Assembly (NCBI GenBank): GCA_001773455.1
Contig: MEWR01000011.1
Coordinates: 26,323-66,620 of the forward strand
DNA from: Candidatus Abawacabacteria bacterium RBG_16_42_10
GTDB lineage: Bacteria; Patescibacteriota; Gracilibacteria; RBG-16-42-10
Length of the DNA: 40,298 nt
Direction: 5' to 3'
In this document: in pieces, positions 32,853 to 40,298 of the stretch
Layout: the number at the start of each line of letters is the position of its first letter
Position numbering within the stretch: the first letter of the stretch is position 1
Made by a program: the position numbers and the translations under genes
The notes under the pieces: generated by a model
The model's database searches: none
The model's input: the letters and a program-made list of their open reading frames with translations, nothing else
What the model was told of the DNA's origin: nothing

Positions 32853-32915
32853 AGTGCAGAGTTCCCTCCTTCGCAAGAGCTTCGGCGGGCAGGCAGAGTG
32901 CTGAGTGTTGAGTGA
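32851..32915. repeat. Heptad array, dialect III, split by a 30-nt GC island (32864-32893)
   Basis: agtgcagagtt [ccctccttcgcaagagcttcggcgggcagg] cagagtgctgagtgttgagtg. The flanks match the uninterrupted array at 29941-29971. Confidence 0.65.
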
Positions 32916-32923
32916 AAATTCGA

Positions 32924-33337
32924 CTACTCGCTGATTTCTGTGATTTTGATCGCTTTTTCTTCCACTTGTTCACGAGGAATGACGATTTTCAAAATGCCGT
33001 CTTTGAAGAAGGCTTTGATTTTTCCAGGGTTGAGGTTAAACGGAAGAATTAAGCTACGAGAGAAACTACCCCAATAACATTCTTTCAGTAGATAATCAGA
33101 TTCGGAAATCTCATCTTCATGAGTTCGTTCACCTTTGATCGTAAGTGTATTATCACTGATCGTGATATGAATATCAGCCAATTTTACTCCTGATACTGGT
33201 GTGCGAATAACAATTTCTTTCGGTGTTTGATAAACATCAACAACCAATTGTCCTTCTTGTTTATCCTGTCCTCCAAAAGAAAGTGGTTCTGCAGAGGTGT
33301 TCGGTAAATCTTTCTTACGCTTAAATAATGAAGGCAT
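32924..33337 (-). CDS. Small heat-shock protein, Hsp20/alpha-crystallin family
   Basis: QLVVDVYQT...IVIRTPVSGVK..DIHITISDNTLTIKGER....FSRSLILPFNLNPGKIKAFFKDGILKIVIP is a canonical ACD. Confidence 0.9.
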   Translation of the reverse strand: MPSLFKRKKDLPNTSAEPLSFGGQDKQEGQLVVDVYQTPKEIVIRTPVSGVKLADIHITISDNTLTIKGERTHEDEISESDYLLKECYWGSFSRSLILPFNLNPGKIKAFFKDGILKIVIPREQVEEKAIKITEISE

Positions 33338-33378
33338 GGCTCAAATTTAAAATGTAAAGTGTAAAATGTAAAATAAAG
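33338..33378 (-). promoter_or_regulatory. Heptad array, dialect I, abutting the hsp20 start: TTTACA-17-TAAATT-6-ATG
   Basis: Coding strand: TTTACA (33372-33367), 17 nt, TAAATT (33349-33344), 6 nt, ATG (33337). Confidence 0.5.
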
Positions 33379-33443
33379 TTTTGAATTGTGAGTTTAGAGT
33401 CTTGAGTTTCATTTTGAACTTAGAACTTAGAATTTAGAACTTG
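33379..33443. repeat. Heptad arrays, dialect III then dialect II
   Basis: ttgaattgtgagtttagagtcttgagtttc, then attttgaacttagaacttagaatttagaactt. Confidence 0.6.
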
Positions 33444-33479
33444 CCATTATCCTAACAGAGGACATTGTTGTTGTAAAAA

Positions 33480-36071
33480 TTAAACTTGTTGAATGACCCT
33501 CAACATCTCTTCTGCGGTTCGCTTCCAGCTGAATTCTTGGCTGCGAGCTACAAGATTTTGGGAGAGTCTTTGACGTAAAACTTCATCTTCGAGAAAGAGG
33601 CGCAATTTTACTTTCATGTCATGAATATCATATGGGTCGAAATAGAGACAATCATCCTTGGCAATTTCTTTTAAGGAAGAATTAGGTGTTGTTATCACTG
33701 GTATGCCGCAAGCAAAAGCTTCCAAGATCGGCAGGCCGAAACCTTCATAGAGGCTAGGTAGGACAAAACCAGTGGCTCCGTGCAGCAGATAGGGCAAATC
33801 CTGATCGGGTACATAGCCTGTGAAAATAACCTGTTTTTCTAAGAGAGTACCGGCTATTTCACTGAAGATTTCCTTATAATACCAACCTTTTCTGCCTACG
33901 ATGACTAATTGATAATCCTTTTGTAATTGCGCCGGGAGCAGTTTGTAGGCTTTTATGAGGCGTACCAGATTTTTGCGAGGTTCTAGGGTGCCAATGAACA
34001 ATAAATAATGCTGACTAATACCGTAGTCTTTTTTTAATTGTTCGGTCATAGCTGGGTCGCGAGGTACAGAAAATTGTTCGCGAGCTGCCTCAGGGATGAC
34101 AGTGATTTTTTCGGGAGCGATGTCAAAGAGTCGTTCGATATCTTTCTTCGTGTTCTGTGAGACAGCGACGATAGTTGTGGAATGTTCCAGAGTTCTCTTG
34201 AGGGTAAATCGTTCAATGGTAGTGGCCTTGGCTTGATGGCGTCTGGGAAAAAGGAAAGCAATAGTGTCGTGAATGACGGTGATGACTTTTGGTTTCTTGC
34301 CCATGAGTAAACTGGGCACGATATAACTCGCTGTTGCTAAGAGAATGTCGATTTTGTATTTGCGAATTTGCCACATGAAATGAGGATGCCAAAGTAAGAG
34401 GGGCATCTTTCTCTCGATAATGTGAAAATTATTCGGCAGATTGATGTTTTTTACCGGATGACGAGTAAAAAGGAAGTAGTCATTGTCTTTATCTATATTT
34501 CCTAGAGCAGTTAAAAGGCTTAGGGTATACCATTCTTTGCCGGTACGTTCGCCACTGATACCACGAATGTCGATAGCTATGCGCAATTTTTGTCCGGGAA
34601 GTGGCGCCGGTTTATTGAGAAAAAATCTTTGCCAGAGCACTTTGCTGAGATCCGTAGACAGGCCACCAGTTTTGGTAAGCAAGAAAATATAGAGGATGCC
34701 GGCGGTAAAAAAGGCTGTAGGAAGGCTTAAATATACTGACCAGTGGCTAAGTGCTCCTTTGATGAACCACAAGTATATACCTGTAATAATAACTGAAAAA
34801 AGAGTTGCAAAAGTCGCTTTCCAGGAAAGTTTTATTGGTCGTATTCGTGCAACACCCCAAGTCACTCCGAAAAAATTGATGGTTTGAGCAACGACGATAG
34901 CCCAGGCAGCTGCACTTGCCTGACCAAAAGGTGGGGGAAGAGGAATGAGAATATATGCAAAGATTATGGCGATAACAGCTTCCAGAAGTGCGATCGCAAA
35001 GAAAACTTTGACTCGATTAAGACTGACAAGGACATACTGAAAAAGACTGGAAAGAAAATTAAAAACACTGGCAATAGCCAAAATCCTCATGAGATTGGCT
35101 GCGGGCGCAAAATCACTGCCAGTGGAAATCAGACGAATCATCTCTTCAGCCATGATGAAACTTCCCACACTCATGCCAAGCCCGGTCATGACCAAAACAT
35201 CCCATGATTTTTGAAAGAGTGAAGAAAACTTTTCCGTGTGAATATTCTGGGCAAGACTTGGAAGAATAGAATTCATGAAACTGAAAGGTATGAGGAGTAA
35301 CAACTCAAAACTACGCAAAGCTATACCAAATACACCGACAACATTGTCGCTGGTGAATTGGCGTAGCATGATCGTATTTATACGCAGGTAAATAGATCCA
35401 AAAATTAATGCTGCACCATAGACGGCGCTTTTTTTCAGTAGTCGCCAGATTTCTTCTCTATCGAAATAAAGTTTGATGGGGAGTAAACGATGAGAAGCAT
35501 AAGTAGTGACTCCGGTGACAAAAAGGTTGTTGATGAGGCCTGCAATGATCAGATGCAGAAAACCCCAGCCGAAAAATGCGGTCAAAGCGATATATCCCAC
35601 CATCAAGATCTTGCCGATGATAATTGCATAGGCATTGATGGTCATTTTGAGATTTACCTGAAGTGTTGCTGCTACCGTGCTCGAAATCAGATTTGCAGCG
35701 ATACCAATAGCTGCAATGATCACTGCTATCGACATGACCGGTGTGAAGTTGGGGATCAAGAAAGCGCTCGCTGTAGTGATAGTTCCGATAATGAGAATAA
35801 GAATAAGCCTGAGTCCCAATATGGATCCAAGCACTCTCTGCATGCGCTCCTTGGTTTTTGCCATTTCATCAACAGCAATAGTAAACAGACCGAGATCACA
35901 GGCTATGCCAAAGAAACCGACCAATTCATACACAAGGGTGTATTGTCCATATCCTTCTGTTTTGAGGTAATGGGTGATGATCTTGATAATAACCACGCTC
36001 AAAACCGCATTGAACATCTTGGACAATATTTGGGCAATGGTATTGGAAGCGATCTTTTGTGCTTGTTCCAT
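33480..36071 (-). CDS. Fusion protein: Wzx/PST-type MOP flippase (N, ~480 aa) + GT4-family (GT-B, Glycos_transf_1) glycosyltransferase (C, ~380 aa)
   Basis: The N-terminal half has about 12-14 TM segments with a Polysacc_synt-like start (NTIAQILSKMFNAVLSVVIIKIITHYL..EGYGQY). The C-terminal half has LFIGTLEPRKN....PSLYEGFGLPILEAFACGIPVITT (EX7E motif). Confidence 0.8.
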   Translation of the reverse strand: MEQAQKIASNTIAQILSKMFNAVLSVVIIKIITHYLKTEGYGQYTLVYELVGFFGIACDLGLFTIAVDEMAKTKERMQRVLGSILGLRLILILIIGTITTASAFLIPNFTPVMSIAVIIAAIGIAANLISSTVAATLQVNLKMTINAYAIIIGKILMVGYIALTAFFGWGFLHLIIAGLINNLFVTGVTTYASHRLLPIKLYFDREEIWRLLKKSAVYGAALIFGSIYLRINTIMLRQFTSDNVVGVFGIALRSFELLLLIPFSFMNSILPSLAQNIHTEKFSSLFQKSWDVLVMTGLGMSVGSFIMAEEMIRLISTGSDFAPAANLMRILAIASVFNFLSSLFQYVLVSLNRVKVFFAIALLEAVIAIIFAYILIPLPPPFGQASAAAWAIVVAQTINFFGVTWGVARIRPIKLSWKATFATLFSVIITGIYLWFIKGALSHWSVYLSLPTAFFTAGILYIFLLTKTGGLSTDLSKVLWQRFFLNKPAPLPGQKLRIAIDIRGISGERTGKEWYTLSLLTALGNIDKDNDYFLFTRHPVKNINLPNNFHIIERKMPLLLWHPHFMWQIRKYKIDILLATASYIVPSLLMGKKPKVITVIHDTIAFLFPRRHQAKATTIERFTLKRTLEHSTTIVAVSQNTKKDIERLFDIAPEKITVIPEAAREQFSVPRDPAMTEQLKKDYGISQHYLLFIGTLEPRKNLVRLIKAYKLLPAQLQKDYQLVIVGRKGWYYKEIFSEIAGTLLEKQVIFTGYVPDQDLPYLLHGATGFVLPSLYEGFGLPILEAFACGIPVITTPNSSLKEIAKDDCLYFDPYDIHDMKVKLRLFLEDEVLRQRLSQNLVARSQEFSWKRTAEEMLRVIQQV

Positions 36072-36073
36072 AC

Positions 36074-37162
36074 TTAGGTGTAAGACAAAATAAGCTGAGC
36101 GATTTGGTCACAACTTTTTTCACATGAAAATGCTGCCAACTTTTCATTGTCGTAGTGTTTCTGTTCTATGTGCATGAGTTTGTCGAGTGCAGCAAAGAAC
36201 GTGTCTGTCGTAATATCTTGCTCTTCCAAAACAGCGATATTAGTTAAATCCTTTACCAAACGTGCATTGACGATCTGATCACCTCGACTTTGGGCTTGGG
36301 TAAGGGGTACGAGTAACGCCTTTTTCCTGAGTGTCAGGATTTCTGCGAGAGTAGTAGCTCCTGCGCGGGACACAATAATATCCGCTGCTTGATACAGATC
36401 TGCCAACTCAGGACCAAGAAATTCAAACGGATGATAACCTTCTGGATGAGTATGAAGAGTGTTTTTATTTGGTCCTGTACTGTGAACGACAGTAAACTTT
36501 TGCAGCAATGCAGATACATTTTGTGTAATGAATTTATTGAGAGATGCAGCGCCGAGACTTCCTCCCAAGATCAACAGAATTGGTTTGCTTTTTTGTGCTA
36601 TTTGTAAAAACTGTAAACCACTTTCTCCTGATCCATGAAGAATACTTTCTCTCAGTGGAATGCCAGTGAATACTAATTTCTCCGGATGATTTTTAAAATA
36701 CTTTTTACTCGTTTCGAATCCCAAAAATTGCTTAGTCACAAAAGGAAAACAGAGTCTTGTTGTTAGTCCGGGGACTACATCTGATTCATGTGCAATGATG
36801 GGGATTTTACGTAAATGACCTGCGTAAACCACAGGAAAACTGACATAACCTCCTTTGGAAAAAATAAGATCTGGTTGTAATTTACCCAGTAGCCACCAAG
36901 CTTTGATAATACCAACGGCCGTCTTAAATAGGTCAGTGAAATTATATAAGGAAAAATACCTTCTCCATTTACCTGCCGGTACGTGATGAAAGGGGACGCC
37001 TTGGTCTTGGCTTGTCTTCATCTCGCTTCCTGTTTTTGACCCAAGCCAATAAACGGTGAGACCATTTGTTGATGAAATTGCCTTTTTTTTGAGCTGGGAT
37101 AGTACGGCGACTAAAGGTTGGATGTGCCCCCCACTGCCCCCGCCGGTAATTACTAGTTTCAC
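36074..37162 (-). CDS. murG: Lipid II synthase MurG (UDP-GlcNAc:lipid I transferase)
   Basis: VKLVITGGGSGGHIQPLVAV is the G-loop GGTGGH. C-terminal SRAGATTLAEI. GTG 37162 chosen as start; the track begins at TTG 37195. Confidence 0.9.
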   Translation of the reverse strand: MKLVITGGGSGGHIQPLVAVLSQLKKKAISSTNGLTVYWLGSKTGSEMKTSQDQGVPFHHVPAGKWRRYFSLYNFTDLFKTAVGIIKAWWLLGKLQPDLIFSKGGYVSFPVVYAGHLRKIPIIAHESDVVPGLTTRLCFPFVTKQFLGFETSKKYFKNHPEKLVFTGIPLRESILHGSGESGLQFLQIAQKSKPILLILGGSLGAASLNKFITQNVSALLQKFTVVHSTGPNKNTLHTHPEGYHPFEFLGPELADLYQAADIIVSRAGATTLAEILTLRKKALLVPLTQAQSRGDQIVNARLVKDLTNIAVLEEQDITTDTFFAALDKLMHIEQKHYDNEKLAAFSCEKSCDQIAQLILSYT

Positions 37163-38318
37163 GAGTGTGGCGTGAGATATTAAGAAGAATGGCAATAGCG
37201 ATAGTCTTACTCAGGAGAGAAGAACCGCCATAACTGATGAATGGCAGGGTAAGTCCTGTGTTTGGAAGTATCGCCATGATTACGCCCATATTAATGAATG
37301 CTTCGATGCAAATCCAGCTGACAATGCCGGTAGCCAAGTAACGAGCAAAGCGATCAGGAGCATTTTCGGCGATTTTCATACCGCGCCAAGCAATGATGAT
37401 GAATGCAATAATGATAAGTGTGACGCGAATGAATCCTAGTTCTTCAGCTGCTACAGCAAATATCGCATCTCCCTGAGCTTCCGGTAAGTATGCGAATTTT
37501 TGGCGAGAATTACCGAAGCCATACCCGAAAAATCCTCCCGAGCCGATAGCGATGAGAGCTTGTTGGATCTGGTAGCCAATACCGCTTGGGTCACTTCCGG
37601 GATTTAAAAATGCAGTAAATCTTTGAACGATATATTTTTTTTGACTCATGATGCTGATAAAAAGCACACTGCCAAATGTTGCAGCACCTACCATATGCCA
37701 CATATTGCCATTGGCTACGAAGAACATGCTTATCGCAATGAGTCCATACAACAAAATACTTCCAAAATCCGGTTCAGCGATGAGGAAGATGAGGAAAAAT
37801 CCCACAATGATGATAAAAGGCAGAAAACCTTCTTTCAGGTCACGCAGCCTACCGCCCATCTTATCAAAAAGACCAGCCAGATAAATAATGAAACCGATCT
37901 TGGCAATTTCTGATGGTTGTATGGAAGGAAGAAAAGGGATATTCAGCCAGCCACGGGCGATCGTCCCATAATCAGAACGTAAAGGGGTAAAGACGGTTGC
38001 AAGAAGTAAAAGGGAAAAAATAACTATAGGTAGACGATAATTGTACCAGAAGCGATAGGGTATTCTCTGTACAATTATCCACGCGATAAGAGCGATAATC
38101 AGTGAAGAAAGCTGATTCCAGAAATAATAGTCTGTGGCTTGGCCTTTTGTATTGAAAAAAGAATTAATAGCACTTGCGCTACTGATCATAATCACACCAA
38201 AAAGCATCAATCCAAAAACCGTAATTGCCAAAACTCGGTCAAATTTCGCTGCCTCAAGAGACTGAAATTTTTTAGCGACTAAATGTTTTTTTCGCCTGGA
38301 GAAGAGTTTTGAAGACAT
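36969..38318 (-). CDS. ftsW: SEDS-family peptidoglycan polymerase FtsW/RodA with ~70-aa basic C-terminal tail overlapping murG
   Basis: 10-TM SEDS pattern (QPSEIAKIGFIIYLA, PDFGS, LPEAQGDAIFAVAAEELGF, GLTLPFISYGGSS). The frame stays open to 36969, which is 194 nt inside murG. Confidence 0.9.
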   Translation of the reverse strand: MSSKLFSRRKKHLVAKKFQSLEAAKFDRVLAITVFGLMLFGVIMISSASAINSFFNTKGQATDYYFWNQLSSLIIALIAWIIVQRIPYRFWYNYRLPIVIFSLLLLATVFTPLRSDYGTIARGWLNIPFLPSIQPSEIAKIGFIIYLAGLFDKMGGRLRDLKEGFLPFIIIVGFFLIFLIAEPDFGSILLYGLIAISMFFVANGNMWHMVGAATFGSVLFISIMSQKKYIVQRFTAFLNPGSDPSGIGYQIQQALIAIGSGGFFGYGFGNSRQKFAYLPEAQGDAIFAVAAEELGFIRVTLIIIAFIIIAWRGMKIAENAPDRFARYLATGIVSWICIEAFINMGVIMAILPNTGLTLPFISYGGSSLLSKTIAIAILLNISRHTRETSNYRRGQWGAHPTFSRRTIPAQKKGNFINKWSHRLLAWVKNRKRDEDKPRPRRPLSSRTGR

Positions 38319-39225
38319 TCAGAAGGAAATACAGAAATGGTTTTAAAATGAAATGATACGTGCCCGCATAACTATACACCGATCCGCCAAGCTTTTTTTT
38401 GAAATCAGTAACACCCTGCCAAGGATGATTTTTGCCAGCATTTTCCGGAGCTATCCCCAAGAAGTCATACACATGATATCCCTCACTCTTTGCGGTCGTA
38501 ATGACATGCCATTGCAGCCCATATGTAGCCATGGTCTCCCTGCTTTTGTTTGCTGAAGCACCATAATAATAAGTGACTGTATCGTCAAAAAATACGGCTA
38601 GAATTCCAGCTACAACGGTGTTGTTTTTATATGCCAGAAATAATCGAGCCTGGGATGATAATGTTTTTAAAAGGTTCCGATAATATTCAACATCATGTAT
38701 TCCAAAATGATCCCGCTTTGCCGTCTCTTCGAGCATCTTATAAAAGTCTTGGAGAGCTTTATCAGATCCTTTTTCTTTTTCAGTAAATACTTGGTACGTC
38801 ACGCTGTGCTTTTTGGCAATTTTAATATTATACCGACCTTTTGGTTTCATTTGTTTTAAGAGTTCGTGCTCTGATTGTGTTAGGTCCAGTAATAAAGTTG
38901 TGTCCGGTTGAGTTGCCAATGATGTTTTTTTAAACCCTAATTTTAGTAATTCTTCTTTATAGGGTTCGTTTTTCTCCCAAGGTGGCTCAACTTTGATATA
39001 AAGGCAACGATGTCTGTTGGCAATGTCTAAGAGTTGTGGCCAGAATGGTTTTAGTGACCTGACCGGGCCGCGATTAACGTACAGATAATTATGTCGAAAA
39101 ACAGTTGGGATGGTTGTCCAGTATAACTTTTCTCCATCTTTTTCAATATATCCCGTTTTTCTGCCTGATAATGTTTTTTGGAAGTTCTGCCACTGCTGAC
39201 TTTGGAAGAAATTTTTATTTCCCAT
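38272..39225 (-). CDS. FemAB/FemX-family peptidoglycan interpeptide aminoacyl-tRNA transferase
   Basis: FFQSQQWQNFQKT at the N-terminus and ...YYYGASA....ATYGLQWHVI...YDFLGI, typical of FemX/MurM-like enzymes. Confidence 0.8.
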   Translation of the reverse strand: MGNKNFFQSQQWQNFQKTLSGRKTGYIEKDGEKLYWTTIPTVFRHNYLYVNRGPVRSLKPFWPQLLDIANRHRCLYIKVEPPWEKNEPYKEELLKLGFKKTSLATQPDTTLLLDLTQSEHELLKQMKPKGRYNIKIAKKHSVTYQVFTEKEKGSDKALQDFYKMLEETAKRDHFGIHDVEYYRNLLKTLSSQARLFLAYKNNTVVAGILAVFFDDTVTYYYGASANKSRETMATYGLQWHVITTAKSEGYHVYDFLGIAPENAGKNHPWQGVTDFKKKLGGSVYSYAGTYHFILKPFLYFLLNVFKTLLQAKKTFSR

Positions 39226-39538
39226 GATTTTCTTCCTTCATCCTTTCTTTATAACGTTGTAATTGTACTTTTAGCTTATCATGAGCCAAATCAATAGCTT
39301 CTTCCACTGTCACGCCCTTGGTTTCCGACATGAACGTTTTTTTGCTCACAATAATTCTTACACTGATGTTAACGAGATTGCTTGAACGCTCTTTGTTTTG
39401 GCTGATTTCGATATTAGCGGTGCTGGTATCATCATCCCCGACATTATAATATTTCTTGAGATTCATAATTTTCTTTTCTATATAGTCACGAGCGCTTTCG
39501 TTGAGACCGATGCCTTTGCTGTGGAAGTGGATGAGCAT
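39215..39538 (-). CDS. hpf: Ribosome hibernation promoting factor (short HPF/RaiA family)
   Basis: MLIHFHSKGIGLNESARDYIEKKI..L.KYY...............V.............E..G......AIDLAHDKL..QL...KE matches the S30AE/HPF pattern. Confidence 0.85.
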   Translation of the reverse strand: MLIHFHSKGIGLNESARDYIEKKIMNLKKYYNVGDDDTSTANIEISQNKERSSNLVNISVRIIVSKKTFMSETKGVTVEEAIDLAHDKLKVQLQRYKERMKEENHGK

Positions 39539-39575
39539 AGAGTGAAATTTAAAATGTAAAATTTAAAATGTAGTT
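39539..39575 (-). promoter_or_regulatory. Heptad array, dialect I, abutting the hpf start: ACTACA-17-TAAATT-7-ATG
   Basis: Coding strand: ACTACA (39574-39569), 17 nt, TAAATT (39551-39546), 7 nt, ATG (39538). Confidence 0.45.
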
Positions 39576-39640
39576 CAGAGTTATGGGTGAATTTTGAACC
39601 CTTCGATGCACTCAGGGCATGCTTAGAATTTTGGAACTTG
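39576..39640. repeat. Dialect III/II heptads interrupted by a GC island (39599-39622)
   Basis: cagagttatgggtgaattttgaac [ccttcgatgcactcagggcatgc] ttagaattttggaacttgag. Homologous to 25905-25961. Confidence 0.6.
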
Positions 39641-40298
39641 AGTTAATAATGTGAACTTCCTCCACCAGCTGTATCCCAAATTTCTCTTGAACAGTCTTCT
39701 TAATGTGAGCCGCGAGCATCATAACATCCTTGCTTGTGGCTTTTCCAGTATTGGTCAAGAAATTAGCATGTTTCTCTGATACCTGGGCTCCGCCGATTTG
39801 AAAGCCCTTGAGTCCTGCTTGATCAATGAGATAACCGGCTGATGTGTCAGGTGGATTCTTGAAGAATGATCCTGCCGTAAAGCCTCCTGGTTGTTTTTCT
39901 TTGCGCCAATTCTTTGTGTCTGCCATCAATTGCTGAATTGCTTCGGGATTTCCCGGAGTGAGCCTGAGCGTACAACTCACTATAAACTGCGGATGTTTCT
40001 TAAATTTGCTTTCCCGATAATCAAACTCCAATTCTTTTGGAGATGCGATTTCTAATCGCAAATCATCATTGATAAATGTCACATCTTTGAGTACATCGCT
40101 GATAGATGTTTTGTGAGTTTCGGCATTGCCGCGAATGGCACCACCAATGCTTCCTGGTAAGCCAAATAATCTTTCGATGCCGGAGAGTGATTCTTTTTGT
40201 GCGTATTGAGCAAGACTTGTTGTATATGCACCGGCACCGACCCGTAATTCATGGCCATCTTTCTCAATAAAATTAATGCTGTTTTTGATCACCAGTCC
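39612..40298 (-). CDS. murB: UDP-N-acetylenolpyruvoylglucosamine reductase MurB, C-terminal part (5' end outside the window)
   Basis: The frame is open to the window edge. GLPGSIGGAIRGNA, YRESKF, GSFFKNP and GGAQVSEKHANFLTN are MurB motifs. Confidence 0.85.
   Translation of the reverse strand, partial: GLVIKNSINFIEKDGHELRVGAGAYTTSLAQYAQKESLSGIERLFGLPGSIGGAIRGNAETHKTSISDVLKDVTFINDDLRLEIASPKELEFDYRESKFKKHPQFIVSCTLRLTPGNPEAIQQLMADTKNWRKEKQPGGFTAGSFFKNPPDTSAGYLIDQAGLKGFQIGGAQVSEKHANFLTNTGKATSKDVMMLAAHIKKTVQEKFGIQLVEEVHIINSSSKILSMP

Noticed and set aside
35490-36077. 195-aa plus-strand ORF at the 5' region of the flippase-GT gene.
   Set aside because: It is antisense to the TM-rich flippase domain. 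Its Cys/Asp/Ser-rich composition is typical of the reverse frame of hydrophobic coding sequence.
4891-39640. Whether the short intergenic repeats are CRISPR arrays.
   Set aside because: The period is 7 nt with no unique spacers, the arrays are 30-100 nt long, and no cas genes are present.
1-40298. Alternative genetic code (UGA recoded, as in some candidate phyla).
   Set aside because: Long ORFs of 680-1020 aa with conserved motifs are intact under the standard code, and genes end at sensible positions, some at TGA (e.g. murB at 39612-39614).

Overview
AT-rich bacterial chromosomal segment (roughly 40% GC by eye) read with the standard genetic code. The gene content points to a Patescibacteria/CPR-like organism; this is an inference. 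Supporting signs are VirB2/TrbC-type mini-pilins behind a solute-binding protein, compact ribosomal and cell-wall clusters, and mostly SD-less start codons. I can support about 50 CDS and 2 tRNAs. In order they are: nusA 3' end; class A PBP; two type II toxin-antitoxin pairs with palindromic operators; a nucleotidyltransferase / truncated-PPase / NUDIX / hydrolase cassette; tRNA-Trp; a PNK-like kinase; a Ku-LigD NHEJ operon; two tandem subtilases; rpmG; an exported beta-helix membrane protein; a solute-binding protein plus two pilin-like genes; XerC/D; tRNA-Gln; LUD; ThpR; an RlmI-like methyltransferase; a TIM-barrel protein; membrane H+-PPase; an RsbU/RsbW/RsbV-like partner-switching module; secE-nusG-rplK-rplA; an FNR-like reductase; Hsp20; a Wzx-GT1 fusion; murG; ftsW; femX; hpf; murB 3' part. 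I saw no rRNA, CRISPR array or transposase. The least ordinary signal is non-coding. Almost every inter-operon spacer is filled with 7-nt-phased repeat arrays in four sequence 'dialects', some present as exact dispersed copies. One dialect sits in a fixed orientation and distance before five start codons, which looks like a leaderless-promoter cassette. Short GC-rich islands sharing a GCTTCGG..GGCAGGC core interrupt these arrays and also form hairpins with the 3' CCA ends of both tRNAs. Other points of interest are a CAGGTG/CACCTG repeat module behind both subtilase genes, a 27-aa lysine-rich micro-ORF behind ligD, a flippase-glycosyltransferase fusion in the cell-wall cluster, and a ~190-nt ftsW/murG out-of-frame overlap. 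All functional statements come from motif recognition by eye. No searches were run.
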